The notes under the pieces: model-generated | The model's database searches: none | What the model was told of the DNA's origin: nothing | The model's input: the letters and a program-made list of their open reading frames with translations, nothing else | Virus record (IMG/VR): IMGVR_UViG_3300048917_000273 | Location: 1-57,132 of that record | Length of the DNA: 57,132 nucleotides | DNA from: a virus | Reading direction: 5' to 3' (one strand) | Program-made: the position numbers and the translations under genes | Shown: piece after piece, positions 41,429 to 49,743 of the stretch | How the letters are laid out: each line of letters starts with the position of its first letter | Position numbering within the stretch: position 1 is the first letter of the stretch

Positions 41429-41994
41429 ATCCAACTACACTGAACTCATGATTACTCACGAAGAGATCGTGCTCGCAAGGCGAGTCACTGAGTTCTGGAT
41501 GGACGTAGCAATCGACGGCGACGAGTCGGCCTGCTGGCCCTGGCTCGGCTATGAAGAGGACGGCTACGGTCGCTTCTACTTCGACGGCCGGATGATGGGG
41601 GCGCACGAGCTTGCCCTCACATTCTCGACGGGTGAACGCCGCCTCGAACGCCTCGACACCTGTCACTCCTGCAATAATCCCATCTGCTGCAACCCGCATC
41701 ACCTTCGCTTCGGAACCAGGCAGTCCAATGTCGACGACATGGTCGCCGCGGGGACAGCGCGGAATGGCAGCACTCGACTCACAGAGAGCGATGTCGTCAC
41801 GCTCCGAGAGCGGTACGCAAACGGCGCACCGCAGGCGATTCTCTCCCGCGACTTTCGTGTATCAGGATCCCTGATCAGCGCGATCGTCCGCGGGCGCCGC
41901 TGGCCAAACGCTGGTGGCCCTATCATCACCGAGAGGAAGTACAACCGAGATGGCAAATGAAACCATCGTCACAGTCGTTGGTAACTTGGTAGCA
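41429..41994 (+). mobile_element. free-standing HNH homing-endonuclease cassette inserted after ssb codon 15, carrying a recoded replacement ssb 5' end
   Basis: This segment has visibly lower GC. The HNH ORF overlaps the new ssb start. The first 15 ssb codons use A/T-ending codons that are atypical for this genome. Confidence 0.6.
41448..41960 (+). CDS. HNH homing endonuclease
   Basis: ORF track, 170 aa. [49 protein letters not shown]. Confidence 0.85.
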   Translation: MITHEEIVLARRVTEFWMDVAIDGDESACWPWLGYEEDGYGRFYFDGRMMGAHELALTFSTGERRLERLDTCHSCNNPICCNPHHLRFGTRQSNVDDMVAAGTARNGSTRLTESDVVTLRERYANGAPQAILSRDFRVSGSLISAIVRGRRWPNAGGPIITERKYNRDGK

Positions 41995-42420
41995 GATCCC
42001 GAGATCCGCTACACGCAGAACGGATTGCCCGTCGCGAACTTCACCATCGCATCCACGCCCCGACACTTCGACAAGGCGAAGAACGAATGGGTCGACGACG
42101 AGGCGCTGTTCCTGCGAGCATCCATCTGGCGCGAGTTCGCCGAGAACGTCGCCGGTTCGCTCTCCAAGGGCACCCGCGTCGTCGCCACCGGCCGCCTCAA
42201 GCAGCGCTCCTACGAAGACCGCGAGGGCAACAAGCGCGTCTCGGTCGAACTCGAGGTCGATGAGATCGGCCCGTCGCTGCGCTACGCCACGGCCGCCGTG
42301 CAGCGCGTGCAGCGCGACAGCAGCCAGACCCGCCAGCAGCCGTCTGCGTACCAGCAGGAGCAGGAGGACGCCTGGGCCACGCCCCAGGCCGAGACCTACG
42401 GCGACGACACCCCTTTTTAA
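41950..42420 (+). CDS. ssb: single-stranded DNA-binding protein
   Basis: ORF 41914..42420 frame, from ATG 41950. OB-fold N-terminus [30 protein letters not shown]. Acidic tail DDTPF. Confidence 0.9.
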   Translation: MANETIVTVVGNLVADPEIRYTQNGLPVANFTIASTPRHFDKAKNEWVDDEALFLRASIWREFAENVAGSLSKGTRVVATGRLKQRSYEDREGNKRVSVELEVDEIGPSLRYATAAVQRVQRDSSQTRQQPSAYQQEQEDAWATPQAETYGDDTPF

Positions 42421-42432
42421 TCGGAGACCAAC

Positions 42433-42627
42433 GTGAACGTCATCGAACTCATCCAGAAGCTGCAGCGAGCACTGCGCGATGGGAGGCTCGAGGAGGATGA
42501 CTTCGTCATGCTCCGAGACCCGGAAGTATCCGACGGAGCGGTGGAAGCGGGCAGCGACCCGTACACCGACGAGATCGAGATCCTCTTCCCCGGCGACGGG
42601 CGAGTGGTTCTCCTGGTCTCAGAGTGA
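42433..42627 (+). CDS. hypothetical protein
   Basis: ORF track, 64 aa. GTG start with a GGAGA SD. Confidence 0.65.
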   Translation: MNVIELIQKLQRALRDGRLEEDDFVMLRDPEVSDGAVEAGSDPYTDEIEILFPGDGRVVLLVSE

Positions 42628-43040
42628 GCGAAGGCAAGGCGGCCGCATCTCCAGGTGCGGCCGCCCGGCCCCGCCGGAACCGCAAGTCCGCCAAGAAAGC
42701 GGGCACGTCGTTCGAGCGAGCCATCGCCGACTGCCTCGCTGAGCACGTCGATGACCGCATCGACCGCGCGGTGAAGCGCGGCGCCATGGATCCTGGCGAC
42801 ATCGCAGGGCTCCGCACTGTGCACGGACAGAAGATCGCCGTCGAGTGCAAGGACGTCAACACCATGGCGCTGCCCCAGTGGCTGCGCGAGGCGGCCGTCG
42901 AGCGGGACAACATCGCAGCGATCGCCGGGGTCGTGGTGCACAAGCGCCGCGGCATCACTGACCCGCTCGAGCAGTACGTGACCATGACCATGCGCGAGTT
43001 CATCGCGCTCGTGAAGATCAGCAGAGAGGGGCTGGACTGA
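42624..43040 (+). CDS. PD-(D/E)XK nuclease, Holliday-junction-resolvase-like
   Basis: ORF track, 138 aa. GTSFERAIADCL..DPGDIAGL..IAVECKD. Confidence 0.65.
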   Translation: MSEGKAAASPGAAARPRRNRKSAKKAGTSFERAIADCLAEHVDDRIDRAVKRGAMDPGDIAGLRTVHGQKIAVECKDVNTMALPQWLREAAVERDNIAAIAGVVVHKRRGITDPLEQYVTMTMREFIALVKISREGLD

Positions 43041-43483
43041 TGGCGCTGACCAAGGCGCAGATCGAGAAGATCGTCACGCAGGTGAAGGACACCCCTGACC
43101 GCGAGATAATCCTGCCCAAGCGCTACGCCTGGAAGGACCGCGAGCAGCCGTACATCTACGTCGACAGTCGACCGATGCCGCTGGTGCGCTACCTCTGGTG
43201 CGTCATCATCGGGCCGTGTCCCATTCCGGACGGCATGAAGCTGCGTCCCAAGGTTGGGACATCCCGGGCCAACGTGAACCCCTACCTGTGGGAGATCGTG
43301 CCGCAGGTGAAGCCAAAGCCGATCGGCCCGCGGCGCAACACGCTGGCCGACATCAACCGCGCGAAGACGACTTGCCCGAAGGGGCACGAACTCGTGCGCC
43401 GCAAGAGCGGCAAGCGGCTGTGCCTCGAGTGCCCGAGGGAATCCAAGCGCCAGTACCGCGAACGACAGAAGAGGGAATCGTGA
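43040..43483 (+). CDS. hypothetical protein with C-terminal zinc-ribbon (CPKGHEL..CLEC)
   Basis: ORF track, 147 aa. Confidence 0.7.
   Translation: MALTKAQIEKIVTQVKDTPDREIILPKRYAWKDREQPYIYVDSRPMPLVRYLWCVIIGPCPIPDGMKLRPKVGTSRANVNPYLWEIVPQVKPKPIGPRRNTLADINRAKTTCPKGHELVRRKSGKRLCLECPRESKRQYRERQKRES
43245..43260. repeat. 16-bp palindrome copy
   Basis: GTCCCAAGGTTGGGAC. Coding, read as RPKVGT. Confidence 0.9.
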
Positions 43484-43758
43484 GCAAGAAGAAGCCGAAG
43501 CCGCAGACGCACGAACAGATGGCGGATGTGCTGCTGCAGTGCGTTGCCGAGATCGACCACACCGAAGTGCAGATGCTGCGCGTCGGCGTGGCGCAGGTGC
43601 ACGCCACGCTCGCACTCGTCGAGCAGCAGCGCATCGCGAACCAGATCGCGCTCGCCGGATGGATCGTCAACGGCGAAGGCGAGGGGAACATTCGCAGATC
43701 GATCGAGGCATTCCGCCCCCGCATCGCCGACGAGATCTGGAAAGGGTTGGGGCTGTGA
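43480..43758 (+). CDS. hypothetical protein
   Basis: ORF 43198..43758 frame. GTG at 43480 after GAGGGAATC, with a GTGA overlap. Confidence 0.6.
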   Translation: MSKKKPKPQTHEQMADVLLQCVAEIDHTEVQMLRVGVAQVHATLALVEQQRIANQIALAGWIVNGEGEGNIRRSIEAFRPRIADEIWKGLGL

Positions 43759-44042
43759 AGGATCTCGCCCGGCGACTGCTGGACTACGTCGAGTGGTGGC
43801 GGGAGAACCCGCATAACTCCGACACGATCAATGCCATGGTGCACATGGTGCCCGGCCTCGACGAGCCGATCGAGGAGGAGCGCGAGATCACCGCGACCAT
43901 GCTCGTCGAAGCGGCCACCACCATCCAGGCCCTACAGGCCGAGAACATCCGGCTCGTCCGACATCTTCGCTCGCTCGACCAGGCCGAGAACGTCGGAACC
44001 CCCGACCACACTGAGACCAACGCACAGGGAGATCAGCAATGA
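43755..44042 (+). CDS. hypothetical protein
   Basis: ORF 43539..44042 frame. GTG at 43755 with a GTGA overlap. Confidence 0.6.
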   Translation: MKDLARRLLDYVEWWRENPHNSDTINAMVHMVPGLDEPIEEEREITATMLVEAATTIQALQAENIRLVRHLRSLDQAENVGTPDHTETNAQGDQQ

Positions 44043-45112
44043 CCATCGAGACTATCCACCTCACGCCCATCGAGGGCCCCGCCTACGACCCACTCAAGCC
44101 GGAGACCAAGCAGGCGTGGCTCGACTTCCGCCGCGAAGGCATCACGGCCACGCAGATCCGCGACTGGGGCATCGCATCCCGGCGCCGCAAGATCATCGAA
44201 GAGAAGGTCACCGGCCAGTTCGAGGATCTGTCGCACATCGCCGCCGTCTCCCACGGCACGCTGCGCGAGCCCGCCATCGCCGACTGGATCAAGCGGCGGT
44301 TCGGTATCGAGCCGTGCGACTCCGTGTTCGCCAGCCCGACCAACAGCCGCCACCTGGCATCCCCCGACGGTGTGACCCGCGACCCGTTCACCGGCGAACT
44401 CACCGTCGGCCCGGCGGCCGCGCTCTCCGAGATCAAGACGAGCAAGCACAACCTGGTGCCCGGCCGACTCGACGCGAGCCGCAACCTCGTCGAGATCGAC
44501 TACTCGTCGGACTTCGCCCGGTCGAACTACTACACGCAGATGCAGTGGCAGATGGCCGTCATGGGCGCTGGCCTGACGCTGTTCGCCTGGGAACAGCACG
44601 ACAACATCATCGACCCGGAGACCGGAACATTCACGCCGCTCGGCGCACCCGAGTGGTGCTGGATCCCGCGTGACGAGAACCTCATCCAGGTGCTGCTCAC
44701 CACCGTCGCCCCCGACGCACTGCGCACCATCGACGAGGCGCGCGCGGCGATCACCGTCACCGACCTGCCGCCGGTGAGCGCCGTCGACTCCGAGCGAGCC
44801 ATCCTCATCGCCGACCTGGTCAAGGCACGGCAGGCCGAGGCGCTCGCAAAGGCCGCCAAGGAACAGGCGTGGGCGAAGCTGCAGGCGTTCTACCTCGCCG
44901 AGGGCACGGAGGATCTGGACAAGGTCGACGCCGGTGTAGCGTACGTCACCGTCTCCACGTCGTCGTCGATCAAGAACACGCCCGACATGGACGCTGCCCG
45001 CAAGCGCGCACCGAAGCTGGTCGCCAACTATGAGGCGCTCGTGAAGCGCTACACGAAGCCGGTCACCACGACGACGCGCCGCCTCACCATCACCGAGAAG
45101 AAGGCCGAGTGA
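44039..45112 (+). CDS. YqaJ/lambda-Exo-type recombination exonuclease
   Basis: ORF track, 357 aa. GTLREPAIADW..ASPDG..SEIKTSK..YYTQMQWQMAV. Confidence 0.8.
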   Translation: MTIETIHLTPIEGPAYDPLKPETKQAWLDFRREGITATQIRDWGIASRRRKIIEEKVTGQFEDLSHIAAVSHGTLREPAIADWIKRRFGIEPCDSVFASPTNSRHLASPDGVTRDPFTGELTVGPAAALSEIKTSKHNLVPGRLDASRNLVEIDYSSDFARSNYYTQMQWQMAVMGAGLTLFAWEQHDNIIDPETGTFTPLGAPEWCWIPRDENLIQVLLTTVAPDALRTIDEARAAITVTDLPPVSAVDSERAILIADLVKARQAEALAKAAKEQAWAKLQAFYLAEGTEDLDKVDAGVAYVTVSTSSSIKNTPDMDAARKRAPKLVANYEALVKRYTKPVTTTTRRLTITEKKAE

Positions 45113-45279
45113 TGCACCACACCTACCTCCACTACAGCTGGGACGACGACGGCATCCACCTGGTCTGCCGGGACTGCCCAAGCTTCGACCAGCGACTCGG
45201 CTACGAGCCCCCCGTCGGCGCCGTCATCGAGGCATCCGCCGAGCACCACAAGACCACCATCGAAGGGAATCCCGAATGA
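45112..45279 (+). CDS. small hypothetical protein (55 aa)
   Basis: Hand translation: MHHTYLHYSWDDDGIHLVCRDCPSFDQRLGYEPP... Its junctions with both neighbouring genes overlap (TGATG upstream, ATGA downstream). Confidence 0.55.
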   Translation: MHHTYLHYSWDDDGIHLVCRDCPSFDQRLGYEPPVGAVIEASAEHHKTTIEGNPE

Positions 45280-46256
45280 CCAGCCAGGAACTCGTCGTCC
45301 AGTCCACCGCCTACAGTCGCGCCTCACTCGAGGAGCGTCAGCGCTACACCGCGGCGCTTGCCACCGCAGGCGACCTGCTGCCCGGCAGCATGCAGACCAT
45401 GCAGCGCGTCGACGGCCAGATGAAGAAGGTCGGCGACCGCGGCAAGGTGATGCTCATGGCGGAGACCGGCGACATGCTCGGCATCCACCCCATCGCCGCG
45501 CTCACCGGCGTGCACATCATCGAGGGCAAGCCGTCCATCTCGGCGAACCTGATGGGCGGCCTGGTGCGCAAGGCGGGCCACCGCCTCCGCGTCCGCACCG
45601 AGGGCAAGCTCGAGGACAAGACGCTCACCGCCACGGCGACGCTCGTGCGCAGCGACGACCCCGACTTCGAGTTCAAGGTCGTCTGGGACGTGGCCAAGGC
45701 CGAGCGCGCCGGGCTCTACCCCGGTAAGCCCAAGTCGAACTGGCAGACGTACACGGAGGCCATGCTCAAGGCGCGAGCGATCTCCGAGGTCATCCGCGAG
45801 GGTGCGCCCGACGTGCTCATGGGCGGCAACGTCTACACGCCGGAGGAACTCGGCGCGCAGGTCACCGAGCAGGGCGACCCGGTCGAGTACGAGGCCGCGC
45901 CGAGCGAGCCGCGCCCGGCCGTGCCGCCGCAGGAGAAGGTCGCTACGCCGATCGTCGACGAATCGACCGGCAACGCGGATGCCGCACAGGGATTCGCCGA
46001 CGCCGCGGCCGCCGCCGGGACGCGCGAGGACGTGCTCGAGATCTTCCGCCAGGCCAAGATGGCTGGCCAACTCTCCACGCTGATCTTCGTCGGCGACGAG
46101 GAACAGGAACTCGGGCAGTTCATCATCGGCATCGGACAGGCCATGGCCGTCGCCGAGACGGAGAACGGCGAGCCGATCCCCGACGAGGGTGAGCCCGTCG
46201 TCATGGACGAGGAGGTCGTCATCGCCGAGGTCGTCGAGGATGGCAGTGACTCGTGA
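45276..46256 (+). CDS. recT: RecT-family single-strand annealing protein
   Basis: ORF track, 326 aa. GIHPIAALTGVHIIEGKPSISANLMGGLVRKAGH. It is adjacent to the exonuclease. Confidence 0.8.
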   Translation: MTSQELVVQSTAYSRASLEERQRYTAALATAGDLLPGSMQTMQRVDGQMKKVGDRGKVMLMAETGDMLGIHPIAALTGVHIIEGKPSISANLMGGLVRKAGHRLRVRTEGKLEDKTLTATATLVRSDDPDFEFKVVWDVAKAERAGLYPGKPKSNWQTYTEAMLKARAISEVIREGAPDVLMGGNVYTPEELGAQVTEQGDPVEYEAAPSEPRPAVPPQEKVATPIVDESTGNADAAQGFADAAAAAGTREDVLEIFRQAKMAGQLSTLIFVGDEEQELGQFIIGIGQAMAVAETENGEPIPDEGEPVVMDEEVVIAEVVEDGSDS

Positions 46257-46549
46257 GCGATCGCATCCTCAATGTCCGGGTCTCCGAGGATGAGATGGCG
46301 AAGGTCGACGACCTCGCCGTGAAGATCGGGTCGACGCGGTCGGAGGCCGTGCGCTACCTCATCTTCCGCAACCTGCCGACGCCCATCGATCTCGACGAGG
46401 GTATCTGGCTGACGCGGTATCGCAACGATCCGCTCTCAGTGGGGGTCGACTTCTGGGCTGACGAGACGACAGCCCTGCGCGCGGCGAACAAAGACGAGAG
46501 TCTCATCGCCGAGCGGCATCCCGTCCGGCGGGCAGATGCCCGCGCGTAA
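46253..46549 (+). CDS. ribbon-helix-helix (CopG-like) protein
   Basis: ORF track, 98 aa. LNVRVSEDEMAKVDDLAVKIGSTRSEAVRYLI. Confidence 0.7.
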   Translation: MSDRILNVRVSEDEMAKVDDLAVKIGSTRSEAVRYLIFRNLPTPIDLDEGIWLTRYRNDPLSVGVDFWADETTALRAANKDESLIAERHPVRRADARA

Positions 46550-46739
46550 GACGGCGGCAGCCAAGGGCACCCCGGAGGTCTTCGAGATCGACGGGGTGCC
46601 CACCGCGGCCGGGCTCGCACGGATGGGCAGGGAGTACGCCTACCGCGTCGAGCGCGGCATCACCATCACGGCCAAGGGGCACGCGCTCCTCGGCAACATA
46701 CTCCGCGAGCGAGGTCTCGCACGAAGGGAATCACCATGA
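46536..46739 (+). CDS. hypothetical protein
   Basis: ORF track, 67 aa. Confidence 0.6.
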   Translation: MPARKTAAAKGTPEVFEIDGVPTAAGLARMGREYAYRVERGITITAKGHALLGNILRERGLARRESP

Positions 46740-47038
46740 AAGACACCATCACCGAGAGCGAACTGACCGCAATCGGCCGGAAATTCCGGAACGACCCGCG
46801 CGCCATGGACACTGAAGGCATCATGCGCTTCGCCTTGTCGGAGGTCGGCATCACCGTCGTCCCGGACCCGACCCCTGAACCGGAAGGCGACGTGATCGTG
46901 GTGGACAAGGACGGTGACGCATGGCTGCGCACTGGCTCAGGCTGGTTGAACGAGCGGACCGAGATCCAGCCGTGGGAGTGGGAGAACGTGATCTCCGAGT
47001 ACGGCCCCGTGAAGATCTACCGGGCGGAGGAGTCATGA
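46736..47038 (+). CDS. hypothetical protein
   Basis: ORF track, 100 aa. CGAAGGGAATC SD block and an ATGA overlap. Confidence 0.7.
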   Translation: MKDTITESELTAIGRKFRNDPRAMDTEGIMRFALSEVGITVVPDPTPEPEGDVIVVDKDGDAWLRTGSGWLNERTEIQPWEWENVISEYGPVKIYRAEES

Positions 47039-47592
47039 GCACCCTCGAAGACGAAGCCCGCGCCGAGGCTGCGCGACTGTATCCGCACGGGGATGGACTC
47101 GGGGAGAGCATCACCATTTCCCTCCGCAGTGCGTATCGCGCTGGTGCAGAGTTCGCCGCATCCCGACGTGAGCCTTCCGAGCCCCCGATCTATCTCGCAC
47201 TCGACCTGTGGATGGCGCTTGGCATGGACTCGCGCGGATTCGATGGCTACTACGAGCGCAACGGGTGGGCAACGACATGGTCAGTCCTGCTGGATGCTGT
47301 GCGAACTGCCGACCACTGCGAAATGCCCATCACCATGGACGAAGACTGCGTGCTCCGAACCGGTCACATCGGGCCGCACATGGGTCCGAGCGACGTCGGT
47401 TCATCCGAGCCGCTACCTCGCGTCCCCGAGCCGTCCGACACCGACGAGCGCGAGTGGGAGTACACCGCGCGTCCGGATCGCTCGTACACGTACATTTCGC
47501 TGGCGCGCATCCGCGACGCTCATCCGACACCCGAGAGGGTCTACCGTCGGCGCAAGGCTGGTCCGTGGGAGGTGGTTCCCGATGCCGAGTGA
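47035..47592 (+). CDS. hypothetical protein
   Basis: ORF 46921..47592 frame, from ATG 47035 (ATGA overlap). Confidence 0.7.
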   Translation: MSTLEDEARAEAARLYPHGDGLGESITISLRSAYRAGAEFAASRREPSEPPIYLALDLWMALGMDSRGFDGYYERNGWATTWSVLLDAVRTADHCEMPITMDEDCVLRTGHIGPHMGPSDVGSSEPLPRVPEPSDTDEREWEYTARPDRSYTYISLARIRDAHPTPERVYRRRKAGPWEVVPDAE

Positions 47593-47755
47593 CGAGGAGC
47601 GCGAGGCGCTGCGACAGGTGGTCTACGAGAGCATCGAGCGGTGGGCTGACTTGCTCCCCACGCCCGATGTCGCGGGCTACGTCGCCGACGCGGTTGCGAA
47701 CGCTGGCTTCCATCGTCAGGGGCAGATCACCGAGGCGAGTCGGGGTGAGGACTGA
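47582..47755 (+). CDS. small hypothetical protein (57 aa)
   Basis: C-terminal part of ORF 47093..47755, from ATG 47582 (MPSDEEREALRQVVYESIERW...). Confidence 0.5.
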   Translation: MPSDEEREALRQVVYESIERWADLLPTPDVAGYVADAVANAGFHRQGQITEASRGED

Positions 47756-48219
47756 TGGGTTCGCTCATTGACCTAACCGGGCGACGCTTTGGAAAGCGCG
47801 TCGTCATCCGACGAGAGTATCTCCCCGGCGAAGCCGGTAAGACTCACTGGCTCGTGCGATGCGACTGCGGACGCGAAGACGTGGTGCAGGGAGGGCACCT
47901 GCGCCGCGGGGAGCGTGCGCAGCAGTGTCGCGACTGTCAGGGGCTCGCCAGGAGACAGGAGATTCCCCGGTACCTTAGGGCGCACGATCGCGTGCGACGA
48001 GCACGCGGCAACGCCAGCGACTACCCCTGCGTGGAGTGTGCCGCTGGCGCTCGTGAGTGGGCGCTGATGCACGAGACGACCGAGCGTCTTACCGGCGAGT
48101 GCAATGGAGTCGTCATGGAGTACTCGCGCAACGTGGATGACTACCAGCCGATGTGCACGCGGTGCCACCGGAGGTACGACGCTGACCATCGAGCCGCAGA
48201 GGAGGCACGCCGTGGCTGA
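47755..48219 (+). CDS. HNH-type endonuclease-like protein
   Basis: ORF track, 154 aa. Multiple CxxC pairs and YQPMCTRCHRRYD. Confidence 0.6.
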   Translation: MGSLIDLTGRRFGKRVVIRREYLPGEAGKTHWLVRCDCGREDVVQGGHLRRGERAQQCRDCQGLARRQEIPRYLRAHDRVRRARGNASDYPCVECAAGAREWALMHETTERLTGECNGVVMEYSRNVDDYQPMCTRCHRRYDADHRAAEEARRG

Positions 48220-48640
48220 GCAGGATGCCGCGCTCGTCGCAGAACTGCGTATCGAAGAGGCGGAGACCTACGAGGGCTCCATCTACAGCCGTGCCGCCGA
48301 CACCATCGAAGCCCAGGCCAAGGAGATCTCCGACCTCGAGGACTGGGTGATCCGCACGGGCGACATGCTGTCCGCGATCGTACGCATCTGCCGGGGAGAC
48401 CCGCCATCGCTCACGTCGTGGTCTACGCATGACGCGGTGGATCAGGTGCAAGCGCTGCGCGAGCGCGTCAAGAAGGCCGAGCAGGAGCGTGACGCCTACG
48501 CCGCGCAACTTGAAGCCGTGCGCGGGTTCTGCGACAAGGCGCTCGACGTCAAGGCCGCGGGGTCTGACGAAGGTGAGACAGCGATGGCCGCACTGGCCGC
48601 CGTAATCAAGCGGGAAGCACTGGGAGAAACATACTCATGA
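48212..48640 (+). CDS. coiled-coil hypothetical protein
   Basis: ORF 48104..48640 frame. GTG at 48212 with a GAGGAGG SD. Confidence 0.6.
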   Translation: MAEQDAALVAELRIEEAETYEGSIYSRAADTIEAQAKEISDLEDWVIRTGDMLSAIVRICRGDPPSLTSWSTHDAVDQVQALRERVKKAEQERDAYAAQLEAVRGFCDKALDVKAAGSDEGETAMAALAAVIKREALGETYS

Positions 48641-49155
48641 CCGACAGCGACGAGCGTCCCAACCTTGGGACAGAGAGCTACGGCGGAACACGAGGTTACT
48701 CGGCGGGCGCCAGCCAGGACGCGGCATACGCCGACCTGGTGAGCGGGATCACGAACAAGACCCAACGCTACGTGCTCATCATGGCGACGCAGGCTGGCGA
48801 GCGTGGCGTCACATCAGCCGAACTCGAGGAGACCGGCGGCAAGCTTCACCACGGTCGCGTCTCGAGCGCCCTCACGAAGATGCACATCGCAGGCCGCCTC
48901 GTGGCGCTCACGGAGCGCAGGAACCACGCCGGGGTATACGTGCTACCCGAGCACGTTTCAGGCCGCGAGACGCGCTCCTACCGCCGCCAGCTGCCGAAGC
49001 GCAGCGAGGGCATCATCGCCGAAGTGCTCTACGACCACCAGAACAACGGCGTCGACTACGGATACAACTGCGCCTGTGGGTTCATCCCGAGCAAGGGCAA
49101 CACCTACGAACAGCACGTCGCGCACGAGATAGTCGAGGCACTGACCGCGCCCTGA
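48637..49155 (+). CDS. winged-helix DNA-binding protein, last gene of the rightward arm
   Basis: ORF track, 172 aa. QRYVLIMATQAGERGVTSAELEETGGKLHHGRVSSALTKMHIAGRLV. Confidence 0.7.
   Translation: MTDSDERPNLGTESYGGTRGYSAGASQDAAYADLVSGITNKTQRYVLIMATQAGERGVTSAELEETGGKLHHGRVSSALTKMHIAGRLVALTERRNHAGVYVLPEHVSGRETRSYRRQLPKRSEGIIAEVLYDHQNNGVDYGYNCACGFIPSKGNTYEQHVAHEIVEALTAP
48656..48671 (+). repeat. 16-bp palindrome copy
   Basis: GTCCCAACCTTGGGAC. It covers codons 7-12 of 48637..49155 and is read as RPNLGT. Confidence 0.9.
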
Positions 49156-49186
49156 TAGGCTGAGCGAGCAGATTCCCAACGTGCAC

Positions 49187-49219
49187 AGAGCCCCCCACCT
49201 GGATCAGGTGGGGGGCTCT
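49187..49219. terminator. bidirectional terminator between the convergent arms
   Basis: AGAGCCCCCCACC-tggatca-GGTGGGGGGCTCT gives a 13-bp perfect stem. On the plus strand it is followed by a T-rich sequence, acgtgtttct. Confidence 0.75.
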
Positions 49220-49233
49220 ACGTGTTTCTGGAC

Positions 49234-49743
49234 TCAGCTGGAAGACGCGCCCGAGTCGCCAGCGCCGCCAGCAGGACCGACCGTCGGCGGCGTGACCTGG
49301 ATCGTGGGCGCCTCGGGAACGACGACAACCGGCGCAACCGTGGGATCCTTCGGCAGGGTCGCCAGGATCAGGCGGAGCAGCGACACAAGGGCGGCGATCG
49401 CGGCCGCCTGCAGGACAGCAGTCCATGGCACATCGGTGATCAGGGTCGCGCCAACGAAGCCAGACACCAGGGCCTGCGCGAACGTCTTCACCACGCGCTC
49501 GACGGCGGCCAGCCACCACGGCAGGTCGACGCCCTCGGCCTCGGGGATGCCAGCGAGCGACGTGGCCAGCGAGGCGACGAAGCCCATGGCGGCAGTGAGC
49601 GCGATCGTCACCCAAGGAATGTCCTTGATCAGCGCGCCGCCGAGGTACGGCACCGCAATCGAGAGCGCCGTGTAGAGAGCGCGCAGTAGCGCCGCCTTCC
49701 ACCAGGCGGCGGATGTGATGGTCTTCATGTGGCTCCCCTTCAT
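49234..49743 (-). CDS. holin-like four-helix membrane protein
   Basis: ORF track, 169 aa, with 4 hydrophobic segments. Alternative start ATG 49728 with an AAGGGGAG SD. It is the last gene of the lysis block. Confidence 0.7.
   Translation of the reverse strand: MKGSHMKTITSAAWWKAALLRALYTALSIAVPYLGGALIKDIPWVTIALTAAMGFVASLATSLAGIPEAEGVDLPWWLAAVERVVKTFAQALVSGFVGATLITDVPWTAVLQAAAIAALVSLLRLILATLPKDPTVAPVVVVPEAPTIQVTPPTVGPAGGAGDSGASSS

Noticed and set aside
43217-43230. GTCCCATTCCGGAC as a palindrome family member
   Set aside because: The spacing is wrong (14 bp) and the right arm is wrong. It is probably coincidental similarity.
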